Positions 29,507-40,054 are shown, numbered from the stretch's first letter. The stretch: 64,000 nucleotides of DNA from an uncultured Methanosarcinales archaeon (GCA_964452935.1 CAYVNO010000006.1:5574-69573), one strand, 5' to 3'. The notes: generated from the letters alone by a model not told the origin. Translations and numbers: made by a program.

Positions 29507-30781
29507 TCACAATGTTTTATAATCAAAACCCAACAAGTCTGCTTTCTTTTTATCATAAAATCCTTTTACATCAACTAAGAATGGTTTATCCATCTTATTC
29601 TTTAAATCATCGAGTGAAATATTCTCAAACTCTCTGTGATTATTAATAAAAACAACACAATCAATATCATTAATACCATCGAATTTTTTATTTTCAACAT
29701 TAAACCCATTAACAACACCATAACTTATTAATGGCTCACAAGCAATAACATTAATATTAAAATACTTCAAAAAACTTATCACATCTTTTGCTTTACTATT
29801 CCTAAGATCAGGAACATTCTCTTTAAATGTCAACCCCATAACTAGAACATTACAATCTTTAATCTCTTTCCCACTATTCTTAAGTCCATTAATAACTTTC
29901 TTCCCAACAACTTCAGCCATCCCATCATTTATCTCTCTACCAGCTAAAATAACTCGGGGATGATAACCTAACTCTTGAGATTTGTATGTTAAATAATACG
30001 GGTCCACTCCAATACAATGTCCTCCAACTAAACCAGGATAATAATTATGAAAATTCCATTTTGTTCCAGCAGCTTCTAAAACATCCTTTGTATTAATATT
30101 CATCTTCCCAAATATCAACGATAACTCATTCATAAGTGCAATATTCAAATCTCTCTGAACATTCTCAATAACCTTAGCAGCCTCTGCTGTTTTTATGTCA
30201 GCTGCTTTAAACACACCAGCTTCAATAACCATAGAATAAATCTCAGCCACTTTTTCACAGGTTTCTTTATCACAACCAGAAACAATCTTAATAATTTTAC
30301 TAATTGTATGTTCTTTGTCTCCAGGATTAATCCTTTCAGGACTATATCCAATCTTAAACTCTCCTAATTTCATTCCAGACTCTCTTTCAAGGATAGGCAA
30401 ACACACATCCTCTGTAACTCCAGGATAAACAGTGCTCTCATACACAACTATTGCACCCTTATTCAAATTTTTCCCAACAATCTCAGAAGCGCTTTCTAAA
30501 TATTTTAAATCAGGTCTTTTGCTCTCATCAATGGGTGTGGGAACAGCAACTATAACGAAAGTTGCATTTTTTATCTGGACAGGATCATTCGTAAACTCAA
30601 TCTCAACTCCAGCTAACTCTTCATTAGAAACCTCTTTAGTTTTATCGATACCTTGTTTTAATTCATTAATCCTTTGTCTATTAACATCAAAACCTATGAC
30701 GCCTGTCTTTCTACCAAAAGCTACTGCTAAAGGCAATCCAACATATCCTAACCCCACAACACAAATTTTTAAATTTTCCAT
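29507..30781 (-). CDS. Nucleotide-sugar dehydrogenase (UDP-N-acetyl-hexosamine dehydrogenase-like, TviB/WecC type)
   Basis: ICVVGLGYVGLPLA NAD motif and the catalytic GGHCIGVDP motif. Confidence 0.85.
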   Translation of the reverse strand: MENLKICVVGLGYVGLPLAVAFGRKTGVIGFDVNRQRINELKQGIDKTKEVSNEELAGVEIEFTNDPVQIKNATFVIVAVPTPIDESKRPDLKYLESASEIVGKNLNKGAIVVYESTVYPGVTEDVCLPILERESGMKLGEFKIGYSPERINPGDKEHTISKIIKIVSGCDKETCEKVAEIYSMVIEAGVFKAADIKTAEAAKVIENVQRDLNIALMNELSLIFGKMNINTKDVLEAAGTKWNFHNYYPGLVGGHCIGVDPYYLTYKSQELGYHPRVILAGREINDGMAEVVGKKVINGLKNSGKEIKDCNVLVMGLTFKENVPDLRNSKAKDVISFLKYFNINVIACEPLISYGVVNGFNVENKKFDGINDIDCVVFINNHREFENISLDDLKNKMDKPFLVDVKGFYDKKKADLLGFDYKTL

Positions 30782-30795
30782 TTCTTTATTCCCTC

Positions 30796-31368
30796 CTAAT
30801 CATACATAAATATCCCAAATAGACTATGTTTAATAAATCCCCTCATTCTTGTATTAGCATGTACAACAAGGAAAGCAATAAAAAATATTATTCCTCTAAC
30901 AAAAAATCCAAATAAAGTAATCTTTGAAAATATAACACTCAGGAAGGTATTAATACAAACTGCAACTAAGATAATTATCCCAAGGGTAATAAATGGTTTC
31001 ATTTTAGTCATCTCCACTAAGGATTTCAAAATATTTCCAATAGTCCCATTATTAAAAGCAGTTTCTCCTTTTATAATTCCATCTTCAGCCAATTCAAGAC
31101 CTCCATTCATTCCCTTACTTGTCTCAAAAACATCAATATACCTATAGGATCTTGTAAAAAACTTCCAAATAAAACTATCATAGCTTTGGATCTTTAAATA
31201 GTTAAAAAATGATCTAAGTTTAGAGTTAATATATAATGAAATAAGGAAATTGTTAGTTAATTCCAACACATCACAAATAACACTACATTCATAACAGCAA
31301 GAAGTAAACCAGTCAAAATAATTAACAAACTTACTTGTTTTTGTCAACATTTTGTTTAAACCACTCAA
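30796..31368 (-). CDS. Hypothetical membrane protein (doubtful ORF)
   Basis: ORF track only. It overlaps the 3' end of the upstream epimerase gene by 38 nt. It has a C-terminal hydrophobic stretch and no recognised motif. Confidence 0.3.
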   Translation of the reverse strand: MSGLNKMLTKTSKFVNYFDWFTSCCYECSVICDVLELTNNFLISLYINSKLRSFFNYLKIQSYDSFIWKFFTRSYRYIDVFETSKGMNGGLELAEDGIIKGETAFNNGTIGNILKSLVEMTKMKPFITLGIIILVAVCINTFLSVIFSKITLFGFFVRGIIFFIAFLVVHANTRMRGFIKHSLFGIFMYD

Positions 31369-32263
31369 TTGTTTTTCTTAATCCTTCATCCAAACTAAAT
31401 CTAGGATTCCATCCTAGTAAGTTTTTAGCCTTAGATGAATTTAAATAATTCTCTTTTAATTCTCCTTTTCTTGCAGGAGCAAAATTTGGCCCATTAGTAC
31501 AATTCAAAACAGAAGCCATCTTCTTCAATAAAATGTTTACAGAAGTCGGAATGCCTGTGCCAATATTGAAGCTTTCATTATTTCCCTTATCTAAAGCTAA
31601 GACATTTGCCTCAACAACATCCTCAACAAAAACATAATCTCTTGTCTGTTCTCCATCCCCAAATATTGTACACACCTTTCCCTCTAATAACAAATTAGAA
31701 AAAATAGCAATAACTCCAGCTTCCCCATGAGGGTCTTGTCTCGGGCCATAAACATTCGAATACCTTAATGCAGTAAATCTCAATCCATGAACCTTTGAAT
31801 AATATCTTACGTAATATTCTCCAACCATTTTTGTTACGCCGTACGGGGACTCTGGAGCAAAAGGATAATCTTCTGTGGGAGGTTTATTCTCAGGATCTCC
31901 ATAAACCACCCCTCCTGAAGAGATAAAAACAACCTTTTTCACATCAAATTTTCTGCAATTCTCTAATAGATTCAATAATCCAATAACATTTATTTGTGCA
32001 TCATACACCGGATCATCAACAGATTTTCTAACATCAATCTGAGCTGCATGATGATTAACAACATCAAAATTGTGCTTATCAAAAACTTCCTTCAATTCAT
32101 CACTTTGTATATTTATCTCATAAAAAACAGCCTTTGGATTAATATTATCTTTTTTCCCAGAACTTAAATCATCAACTATAACAACCTCATGGCCTAACTC
32201 AATATATCTATCTACAATATTACTTCCAATAAAACCAGCTCCACCAGTTACAAGTATTTTCAT
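31331..32263 (-). CDS. NAD-dependent nucleotide-sugar epimerase/dehydratase (GalE-like)
   Basis: ILVTGGAGFIGSN and YGVTKMVGE (YxxxK) motifs. Confidence 0.8.
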   Translation of the reverse strand: MKILVTGGAGFIGSNIVDRYIELGHEVVIVDDLSSGKKDNINPKAVFYEINIQSDELKEVFDKHNFDVVNHHAAQIDVRKSVDDPVYDAQINVIGLLNLLENCRKFDVKKVVFISSGGVVYGDPENKPPTEDYPFAPESPYGVTKMVGEYYVRYYSKVHGLRFTALRYSNVYGPRQDPHGEAGVIAIFSNLLLEGKVCTIFGDGEQTRDYVFVEDVVEANVLALDKGNNESFNIGTGIPTSVNILLKKMASVLNCTNGPNFAPARKGELKENYLNSSKAKNLLGWNPRFSLDEGLRKTIEWFKQNVDKNK

Positions 32264-33219
32264 TATTCCACCCCATAGTATTCTTTATACCACTTAACAA
32301 ATGCTCTAATCCCTTCTTCAATATTAGTTGTCGGATTAAAACCAATTAATCTCTTTGCTTTCTCAATATCTGCAAACGTCGCAGGAACATCTCCTGGTTG
32401 TATCTCCATAAGATTCTTCTCAGCTTTTTTACCTAATTCATTTTCAATACACTCAATAAAATAACTTAACTCAACAGTGTTTGAATTTCCTATATTCAGT
32501 ATCTCAAAACCTAACTCATTATCAATTGATCCCAAAACACCTTTAACAATATCTGTAATAAATGTAAAATCTCTCTTCATCTTTCCAAAATTATAAACAT
32601 CTATTGGTTTCCCTTCAATAATATTCTTTGTAAACATAAACAACGCCATATCTGGCCTCCCCCAAGGACCATAGACAGTAAAAAATCTTAAACAGATAAT
32701 ATTCATACCAAATAAATGGTGATACGTATGTCCCATTAACTCATTAGCTCTTTTTGTCGCAGCATATAGTGAAACAGGACTATCTACTCTATCTCCCTCA
32801 GAAAAAGGAACTTTTGTATTCCCTCCATAAACACTTGAACTAGAAGCCATAACAAAATTCTTAACTTTCTTTTGTTTTGCTAACTCAAGTAGGTTTAATG
32901 TTCCCTTAACATTAGTCTCTTCATATGAAAACGGATTTATCAATGAATACCTAACGCCTGCCTGCGCAGCTAGATGACACACCTTATCAATTTCATTCTC
33001 TTCAAAAACTCTTTTCATTGCTTCTAAATCAGCAATATTCTCCTTGTAAAACTTATGGTTGGGATGATCTTTAATCTGTTTTAATCTTGCTTCTTTTAAT
33101 GTAACATCATAATAATCATTTAGATTATCAATAGAAATAACTTTATCTCCTCTTTCTAACAACTCCTTAACAAGATGGAACCCAATAAATCCTGCACTTC
33201 CTGTAACTAAAATATTCAT
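32263..33219 (-). CDS. NAD-dependent epimerase (UDP-glucuronate 4-epimerase-like)
   Basis: ILVTGSAGFIGFHL, YAATKRANE and FTVYGPWGRPDMA motifs typical of the CapI/WbnF group. Confidence 0.8.
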   Translation of the reverse strand: MNILVTGSAGFIGFHLVKELLERGDKVISIDNLNDYYDVTLKEARLKQIKDHPNHKFYKENIADLEAMKRVFEENEIDKVCHLAAQAGVRYSLINPFSYEETNVKGTLNLLELAKQKKVKNFVMASSSSVYGGNTKVPFSEGDRVDSPVSLYAATKRANELMGHTYHHLFGMNIICLRFFTVYGPWGRPDMALFMFTKNIIEGKPIDVYNFGKMKRDFTFITDIVKGVLGSIDNELGFEILNIGNSNTVELSYFIECIENELGKKAEKNLMEIQPGDVPATFADIEKAKRLIGFNPTTNIEEGIRAFVKWYKEYYGVE

Positions 33220-33220
33220 T

Positions 33221-34282
33221 TTAAACCTCGATTATCATTCCAGTAAACTCAACATCCCCCAAATCAAGAGAAATCTCCTGGCCAATTTTTACTTTATAAT
33301 TGTGAAAATAATACTCATCATGTCTTTGTTCCACTTGTAATTCGACAATCAAGGTAACATCTTTATTGACTGGGTGATCTCTTTTATAAACCTCTCCTGT
33401 ATGTGTTTCGACAATCATCTCTGCTGGCACAATCTCTATCCCAATTATCTCTGCATTCACCTTCCCTTGGCTCAATTCTGTATCTCCAACACCCATAGCA
33501 TCTACTAACCATGGATAAATATCATATATTTTTATTTTGATTTCTTTAGGAATACTGTTGGTTGGTTCATCTTTCACTTCTACAATAACTCCAGAAAAAA
33601 GCAGATCATCAGTAAGGAACCTCAATGAATTACTTAATCTTATAGACTGTCCTTGAAAATACCTTTCTCCACCAATCCTTTTTGTTTTTATCACTATATC
33701 CATATCAACAATTTTATTTGTACCAGACGTAACAATGGAATTAATTCTTTCTATTTTAGCAATCTCATTTCCAAAATAATCATAAATATACTCAGTCTCT
33801 AATAAATCTTCTAAATTATTGGAGCTAATATGGACAGAAATAGTAAGATTATCCAATTTAGTAATAGGTGTTTTATTGACTAATATGACCTCACCATTCA
33901 AAACCATGGATTGAGTCTCTAATTTTATCTTATTATTTGCTTTTAATACATATTCATTTTCAAAAATAAAAATATCTTTATCATTTATTACTAGAACATC
34001 TGCTGTAACAAATAACTGATGATTTTCAAGTAATTCAAGATCATTGATTATAGCAATCTCATTCCCATTTGAATCAAATACAACATCTCCTATTTTCAAA
34101 GACTCAACAATGTCTGGCTCAACATTATCTACCTTAAAATAAACAGGAACATACTCCTGTTCTGAACCAGACAGCAGGTATTTAAACCCAACAATAATAA
34201 CTAAAACAATAAACAATATTACTATCAGATCAATTATATTGATTTTCCCAAATAATCTCCCCTTTTCATCTACAATCGGCAT
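33221..34282 (-). CDS. DUF4330-like membrane-anchored protein
   Basis: N-terminus DEKGRLFGKINIIDLIVILFIVLVII resembles the DUF4330 family start (single TM anchor plus repeated beta-rich domains). Confidence 0.5.
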   Translation of the reverse strand: MPIVDEKGRLFGKINIIDLIVILFIVLVIIVGFKYLLSGSEQEYVPVYFKVDNVEPDIVESLKIGDVVFDSNGNEIAIINDLELLENHQLFVTADVLVINDKDIFIFENEYVLKANNKIKLETQSMVLNGEVILVNKTPITKLDNLTISVHISSNNLEDLLETEYIYDYFGNEIAKIERINSIVTSGTNKIVDMDIVIKTKRIGGERYFQGQSIRLSNSLRFLTDDLLFSGVIVEVKDEPTNSIPKEIKIKIYDIYPWLVDAMGVGDTELSQGKVNAEIIGIEIVPAEMIVETHTGEVYKRDHPVNKDVTLIVELQVEQRHDEYYFHNYKVKIGQEISLDLGDVEFTGMIIEV

Positions 34283-34368
34283 AATAGTCTGAAAAAGCCA
34301 TGCATTTATAAAGTTTACCTGTAAAGTATAAAAACATATTTAAATACCTACTTTCCCCTATCTCCACA

Positions 34369-35664
34369 ATGAAAATCACAATAATTGGCTCAGGATATGT
34401 AGGATTAACAACAGGAACTTGCCTAGCAGAATTAGGTAATAATGTCACCTGTCTCGATATTGATCAAAACAAGATAGATAGCTTAAACAACGGAAAAATC
34501 CCAATATATGAACCGGGTCTAAAAGAACTCTTAGAAAGGAATATGTTGGCAAAAAGAATACTTTTCACTACAAACCCTCGGGAAGCTATTGAAAGTTCAG
34601 ATGTAATCTTCCTCTGTGTAGGAACCCCCCAAAACGAAATAGGAAAGGCAAACCTAGAGTACATTTTTTCAGCTGCAAAAACTATAGCAGAAAATATGAA
34701 TTGTTATAAAATTATTGCTACCAAAAGTACTGTTCCTGTGGGAACAGCAAACAAAATAAAAGAAATAATCAAAAATAACACAACACACGAATTTAGTGTA
34801 GTAAGCAACCCCGAATTCTTAAGAGAGGGCGCAGCTATTAAAGATTTCATGAACCCAAACAGAGTTATAATTGGAGTAGAAGACAAAAAAGCAGAAGAGG
34901 TATTAGTCAAAATATACAAGGGAGTAGAAAGAATTAACCAACCTATAATAATTACAGACATCAAAAGTGCAGAATTAATTAAATATGCAGCTAACGCAAT
35001 GCTGGCAACAAGAATCTCGTTTATGAATCAACTCTCACATTTATGTGAGAAAACAGGAGCAGATATCAAGACAATTGCTAAAGGCATAGGTTTAGACAAG
35101 AGAATAGGTCCAAAATTCTTACAAGCAGGCATTGGTTATGGTGGATCATGTTTTCCAAAAGATGTTAGAGCATTAATTAACACTCTAAAAGAGAATAACT
35201 GCGAAGCAGATCTATTCGAAGCAGTTGATAATACAAATAACAGACAAAAGTCTTCAATTATACCAAAAATAACAAACATTTTTGGAGGAAATATAGAAAA
35301 TAAAAAGATTGCAGTGTGGGGATTAGCATTCAAACCAAAAACAGACGATATAAGAGAAGCTCCATCAATTATAATAATAAAAGAACTACAAAGACTTGGT
35401 GCAAAAATAAAAGCATATGATCCTGTTGCAAAAGAAAACGCAGAAAAAATACTTCCTGGTATAGAATTCGGAGAAACACCTTATGATACAATTCATGAAT
35501 GTGATTGTTTAGTGATTGTTACAGAATGGAACGAGTTCAGATATCTAGATAAAACAAAGATAAAAACACTAATGAATCAACACAACATTGTCGACGGCAG
35601 AAACATCTACAATCCAAAAGAAATGAAAGAAAAAGGTTTTAATTATATCTGTATTGGTAGATAA
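34369..35664 (+). CDS. ugd: UDP-glucose 6-dehydrogenase
   Basis: MKITIIGSGYVGLTTG, GGSCFPKD and overall family colinearity. Confidence 0.9.
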   Translation: MKITIIGSGYVGLTTGTCLAELGNNVTCLDIDQNKIDSLNNGKIPIYEPGLKELLERNMLAKRILFTTNPREAIESSDVIFLCVGTPQNEIGKANLEYIFSAAKTIAENMNCYKIIATKSTVPVGTANKIKEIIKNNTTHEFSVVSNPEFLREGAAIKDFMNPNRVIIGVEDKKAEEVLVKIYKGVERINQPIIITDIKSAELIKYAANAMLATRISFMNQLSHLCEKTGADIKTIAKGIGLDKRIGPKFLQAGIGYGGSCFPKDVRALINTLKENNCEADLFEAVDNTNNRQKSSIIPKITNIFGGNIENKKIAVWGLAFKPKTDDIREAPSIIIIKELQRLGAKIKAYDPVAKENAEKILPGIEFGETPYDTIHECDCLVIVTEWNEFRYLDKTKIKTLMNQHNIVDGRNIYNPKEMKEKGFNYICIGR

Positions 35665-36735
35665 TTATCTCTTTACCATCATTCTCTTAACACTTTGAGT
35701 AATTTGCCATTTCATCTTTCTTTTATCTCTTCCTGCATTAATAATGGCATTCTTTTGTCTTAAACTTTTTATCAAATCTTTAGAAGTCTTAAGTGGAATA
35801 TGTAAAGTTCTTGCTAATCCTACACTAGTCATTGCCCCGTCTTTTGCAAAGCATCTAAGGGCATTCTGTTCTATGAGTCTAAATGATTTCTCAAAGGATT
35901 CTCCCTTCTTAGAAACTTCCTCTGTTTTCTCATCTCCTAATTTTTCATATCCTTCCACATTTATATTATTAACATTTAGAATCTCCTTAGCAGCATGATA
36001 AGAAACAACATACTCTGGCTTTTTTGCTATAGGGTTAATATCACCAAATCTCCTAAAATGAAAATCAAAAATCATATCAGTATACTCTAACAGTCTTCTT
36101 GCATTCCCATCAGCAACTCCCACTAATAAATTAACAGCATCATCACTCAATTTTTCACAATGATTAGCCTTGCTCTTTTTATCCATGAGTCTAAGTTTAA
36201 GTATCTTTTTCATCTCATCATCATCTAACTGCCTCAAAGTAATTGACCTGCTCCCTAACCTATCTTTAAACGAACCAGTAACATTCCTCAACTGATCACT
36301 AATCTGAGCGATAATAATACTCTTTATCTTTTTCTCGTTAGGATTCTCCCAATTACTCCTAGCTTCAAGTATTAAATTTGGATCTGTGGCCTGGAACTCA
36401 TCAATTATCAGAACAGGCTTCTTAGAAGGAAACTTTTTAAAAGAAATCTTATCAAAAAAACTCCGTTTATCCTTTAACGCTCCCAATAAATCAAAATCTC
36501 TTGGCAAAGCATCAGCATCTAAATAAACAAACTTATGTCCTTTCATCTTATTCTGTATCTTTTTAAGCATAGAAGTCTTCCCTGAACCAGTCAAACCGTT
36601 AAGAAAACATATCTCCTCTTTTAAAATATAATTCTTAAGCTCTTCTTCCTCACTCTCTAGTCCTACTAATTTAGGACAAGGTCTAGCATCCAAAGGATTC
36701 TTATTAAAACTTAACTGTTTAAACCATGTTGTCAT
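35665..36735 (-). CDS. Orc1/Cdc6-like AAA+ ATPase with C-terminal winged helix
   Basis: Walker A GLTGSGKTS, Walker B VLIIDEFQ, a sensor-like GNARRLL, and a basic C-terminal wHTH-like region. Confidence 0.5.
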   Translation of the reverse strand: MTTWFKQLSFNKNPLDARPCPKLVGLESEEEELKNYILKEEICFLNGLTGSGKTSMLKKIQNKMKGHKFVYLDADALPRDFDLLGALKDKRSFFDKISFKKFPSKKPVLIIDEFQATDPNLILEARSNWENPNEKKIKSIIIAQISDQLRNVTGSFKDRLGSRSITLRQLDDDEMKKILKLRLMDKKSKANHCEKLSDDAVNLLVGVADGNARRLLEYTDMIFDFHFRRFGDINPIAKKPEYVVSYHAAKEILNVNNINVEGYEKLGDEKTEEVSKKGESFEKSFRLIEQNALRCFAKDGAMTSVGLARTLHIPLKTSKDLIKSLRQKNAIINAGRDKRKMKWQITQSVKRMMVKR

Positions 36736-36764
36736 TTTATACTAATCCTGAAAGAATGTTATAT

Positions 36765-37613
36765 TTAAAATTTTCTAAAAACCATACTAACATAACTCAC
36801 ACTACTTCCATAATCTCCAGTTACATCACCAGAAGTATAATAATTTAACAACTCACCCATAACACCTTTTCCTAAAATTTCAATTAATAAGGCAATTGTA
36901 TTCTTTCCACAAATTGTTGCCCCTGTTTTTTCACAATATTCTAGAAAGCCATCTGAATTCATTTTCTCAATAAACTTCACAGCACCAAGATCTAATTTCT
37001 TTAAATTATCCTTAACATCTACTTTGAACGGAGAATACCCAAAACTGTTGCCAAAATGTGTAAAATCACTACTTGCAATAACACAAACCTTTTTCCCGGT
37101 TTTCTTAATAAAATCCCTAACTTCTTTTCCAACTTTTTTGATATCACAATCATAACCAACACTCATTGCAATAAATTTCGCATTCTTTTTAACAAACTGT
37201 AAAAATGGAAGCTGTACTTCAATAGAATGTTCCATCTTATGCACATTTTCATCATTAATCACACTTGTTTCTTCAACAAGTTTCTTTCCAAACTCCTTAT
37301 CACATTCTATAACTCCCAACGGCGTCTCCCAATCATCTAAACTAATAACGCAATTATTCTTATCAAACCCTTGATGACTAAATCCTAAAACCAGATACAG
37401 ATCAGCGTCTTCACTCTCACTAATCTCTTTGAAACAATACGCCTCTCCAATCCCAGAAAACACATAACCTGCATGGGGACTTACAACACCCTTAACAAAG
37501 CCTTTTTTCTCCCCATAAACACCCAACCCTTTCTCAAAGCATTCTTTTATCTGCTCTCTTAATTTCTTCTCAGAATCTTCATAAAACTGTCCTGCAACAA
37601 TCGCATTTCTCAC
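36765..37613 (-). CDS. MEMO1 family / AmmeMemoRadiSam system protein B
   Basis: AGQFY..., VVSPHAGYVFSG and SSDFTHFG motifs. Confidence 0.7.
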   Translation of the reverse strand: MRNAIVAGQFYEDSEKKLREQIKECFEKGLGVYGEKKGFVKGVVSPHAGYVFSGIGEAYCFKEISESEDADLYLVLGFSHQGFDKNNCVISLDDWETPLGVIECDKEFGKKLVEETSVINDENVHKMEHSIEVQLPFLQFVKKNAKFIAMSVGYDCDIKKVGKEVRDFIKKTGKKVCVIASSDFTHFGNSFGYSPFKVDVKDNLKKLDLGAVKFIEKMNSDGFLEYCEKTGATICGKNTIALLIEILGKGVMGELLNYYTSGDVTGDYGSSVSYVSMVFRKF

Positions 37614-38138
37614 TCATACCAACTCAAAACTATCTAGAACAACACTAAAATCATCTAAATGGTCATCAAAATTAGCAACTTCTGTTTGATAAACAATACC
37701 ATACACATTTCCATTATAAAAAATTAATAATGTTCTTGCTTTTATCTCTTTACTCATCATCTCATAGGTGTAATCTACTAAATGTGCATTATGTCCATTA
37801 ACATTAACTTGGGACCACTGTAACACATTTGTATTAACCATTAATTCAGATCTCTCAAGCTTTTCTTTATAATCTTGTATGTATGCTACCTGAGTCATAT
37901 TTGTCTCATCTACCTCTGCCACAACATTCACAAAATAGTCATAATTTCCTAAAAAAGAAACAATACAATCAGGAGCCTCCGCAATGATCCATCCGCTAGG
38001 AACACTCATAGAATAACCATACTCTTCACAGAAATAAAAATCCCCTTGTTGTGCATTATTCTGTTGGGATGGGGCATTATTTTGTTGACACCCACCTACT
38101 AACATCAACACTAACAATAATATGATTATCCATCTCAT
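37614..38138 (-). CDS. Secreted lipoprotein-like hypothetical protein
   Basis: Signal peptide with a lipobox-like LVGGC, followed by a Q/N-rich linker. Confidence 0.5.
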   Translation of the reverse strand: MRWIIILLLVLMLVGGCQQNNAPSQQNNAQQGDFYFCEEYGYSMSVPSGWIIAEAPDCIVSFLGNYDYFVNVVAEVDETNMTQVAYIQDYKEKLERSELMVNTNVLQWSQVNVNGHNAHLVDYTYEMMSKEIKARTLLIFYNGNVYGIVYQTEVANFDDHLDDFSVVLDSFELV

Positions 38139-38223
38139 AACCAGAAATAATCCAATGATATTTATAAATATTTTGATGTCATTTATAAAAACTTATATAA
38201 ATGGGTGAAAAAATCTTCAAGAG

Positions 38224-38910
38224 ATGGATTTATACCAAAAATTAAGAAGAGATTGTGAAACAAACCCACCGCTACAAAGAGATTTAGCTTATCTTAGAGA
38301 AAGAACCGAATTTCCTACAGTGGAAGAGCTCGCAAAATACGAGCCACAACAAGAATGGTTTCATAGACACAGCAATATTCATGGAATAGGTCATGAAACA
38401 AGAGTTCTTATCCATGGAGAATTAATAGCAAGAGCAACACATCCTGGAGGAAACACGGCAGACAGAGAAGTGATTAAATTAGGTGCAATGACACATGACC
38501 TGGGAAGACATGATGATGGATATGACTTTAAACATGGACAAAGATCAGCTGCATGGTTTTTAGAAAATTATGAAACTCTAAGAGCGTTAGGTATTGTCTC
38601 AGACACAACAGACAGAGATAGGGTAGCATATGTAAACGAATGGCATGTCCCACCTGATACAGATGCACCAGAAATGACTCCAGAACTACAAACATTCAAA
38701 GACGCAGATGCATTAGATAGATTTAGACTAGGCAGCGGTCACGTTTCTCGTTTAGATCCAAGATATTTAAGAACAGAGGCATCAAAAAACATGATGGAAA
38801 TAGCAAGACAACTTTATGGAATGAGTTTTATTCTGGAATTTGGCTCAGAATATCAACCATATCAAGCAGCAATAGAAGCAGCTAAAATTATTGGGATTCT
38901 TCAACCATAA
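38224..38910 (+). CDS. HD-domain-like hypothetical protein
   Basis: HGIGHETRV ... MTHDLGRHDDG (H...HD pattern). Visibly less AT-rich than its neighbours. Confidence 0.5.
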   Translation: MDLYQKLRRDCETNPPLQRDLAYLRERTEFPTVEELAKYEPQQEWFHRHSNIHGIGHETRVLIHGELIARATHPGGNTADREVIKLGAMTHDLGRHDDGYDFKHGQRSAAWFLENYETLRALGIVSDTTDRDRVAYVNEWHVPPDTDAPEMTPELQTFKDADALDRFRLGSGHVSRLDPRYLRTEASKNMMEIARQLYGMSFILEFGSEYQPYQAAIEAAKIIGILQP

Positions 38911-38931
38911 CAACACCTTCCGCCGTTTTTT

Positions 38932-39033
38932 GCATTAATGCCGCCAAGCGAAGTTATAAAAACTGGAAGTACTAATGCTAGAAGTTACTGATAATGTTGT
39001 ATTATACTGAAACAGGAAGCGCAGCATTAATGC
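38932..39033. repeat. Copy E1 of a structured intergenic repeat family (candidate ncRNA or MITE-like element)
   Basis: 5' GCATTAATGCCGC pairs with 3' GCGCAGCATTAATGC. Conserved blocks CCGCCAAG, CTAGAAGTTACTGA and ACAGGAAGCGCAG. Confidence 0.55.
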
Positions 39034-39044
39034 TACAACGTAAG

Positions 39045-39584
39045 TTAATGTTCAACCCTAATAACTCCATCTGTAACATGAGTTATCCCACTTTCAACAT
39101 TTCTATAAGAAATTTCAATATCTGTCTTCAAATCTTCCTCAATTAGTCCACCATTACATCGAAACTCAATAACCGCACTCTCTCTGTCTCCTAAAACAAC
39201 ACCATCACTATAAACAACTCCTCCTTCTAACGTAGAATAAACACTAATCAATGAAGCATATTCACACTGTCTTGTCCCTTTTATCTCAGATCCAATCTGG
39301 TCAATTGGATATCCTAACTCATTAATAATCGCTAATTTTACAATACCTGTATTAAAATCCACAAAAGGTTCAACACATTTAATCCCATCTAACTTACATT
39401 TGTCCACATCAAACTGAATAGGAGTAAGAACCCCTAAATAAGCTAAAATAAAAGTGGCAGCAACTATAACTAATATGGCCCAACCATAAGTCATAAGAAA
39501 CTCTAAATAAGCATGCAATCTCATAGTAATACCTCTTTTTATACTTTGATAGTACAATGAGTATATAATCTTTACTGTCTTCAT
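39045..39584 (-). CDS. Archaeal type IV pilin-like protein (class III signal peptide)
   Basis: MRLHAYLEFLMTYGWAILVIVAATF resembles archaeal prepilin N-termini. The true start is probably this internal Met (about 39524). My hand translation did not reproduce the first 20 codons of the track ORF, so the 5' end is uncertain. Confidence 0.55.
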   Translation of the reverse strand: MKTVKIIYSLYYQSIKRGITMRLHAYLEFLMTYGWAILVIVAATFILAYLGVLTPIQFDVDKCKLDGIKCVEPFVDFNTGIVKLAIINELGYPIDQIGSEIKGTRQCEYASLISVYSTLEGGVVYSDGVVLGDRESAVIEFRCNGGLIEEDLKTDIEISYRNVESGITHVTDGVIRVEH

Positions 39585-39635
39585 TTAAATACTTCTGGGG
39601 AAATCTTTATAAATCTCAAATCCAAACATTAACCT

Positions 39636-39962
39636 ATGAGGAAGCAGGATTTAGGACTAACAACATATCTCTGGAAAAGAAAGAAAAACAAAATATCATT
39701 ACTATTTGATAATCTAAAATCAATAATCAAATGGTGCCCTCACAAAGGAGACAACACCATCAATGAGTCAGACCTAAAAAGAGAGACAATAAATCCGGGA
39801 GCAAATGATGTTATAGTAATTCAGTCTGAACCAAACTTCTTCCAAAAAAACTATAACAAAATAACAGATTACATTCAAAAGAAAAGACACCAAAGAAGAA
39901 TAGATAAGGAACAAAGATTACAAGACCACATTGACTCACAGATTGCTAACTCTAAAAAGTAA
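39636..39962 (+). CDS. Hypothetical protein
   Basis: ORF track. TATA-like CTTTATAAAT about 30 nt upstream. No motif recognised. Confidence 0.4.
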   Translation: MRKQDLGLTTYLWKRKKNKISLLFDNLKSIIKWCPHKGDNTINESDLKRETINPGANDVIVIQSEPNFFQKNYNKITDYIQKKRHQRRIDKEQRLQDHIDSQIANSKK

Positions 39963-40054
39963 TTTCTACATAGTTAAGAAAAAACAAGATACAATCAATA
40001 TATGCCACAACATACAAATAAATTTATAAAACTAAACATCATTCAAAATTAACT

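Noticed and set aside
2319-30809. Numerous plus-strand track ORFs inside the glycan cluster (for example 2319..2561, 5994..6344, 6351..6608, 11876..12160, 13801..14142, 17697..18053, 22257..22634, 25820..26194, 27835..28095, 30432..30809).
   Set aside because: All lie antisense within long minus-strand genes that have clear family motifs. Their low-complexity S/F/L/I-rich translations are typical of shadow ORFs in AT-rich DNA.
34266-34448. 60-aa minus-strand ORF spanning the DUF4330/ugd divergent promoter. The same applies to nested ORF 13491..13703 and small ORFs 55347..55529 and 55584..55775.
   Set aside because: They overlap promoters or better-supported genes, and they are short with no motifs.
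35665-36764. A replication origin next to the Orc1/Cdc6-like gene.
   Set aside because: The flanking intergenic regions are only about 0-30 nt, and I saw no ORB-like repeated elements or AT-rich unwinding region nearby.
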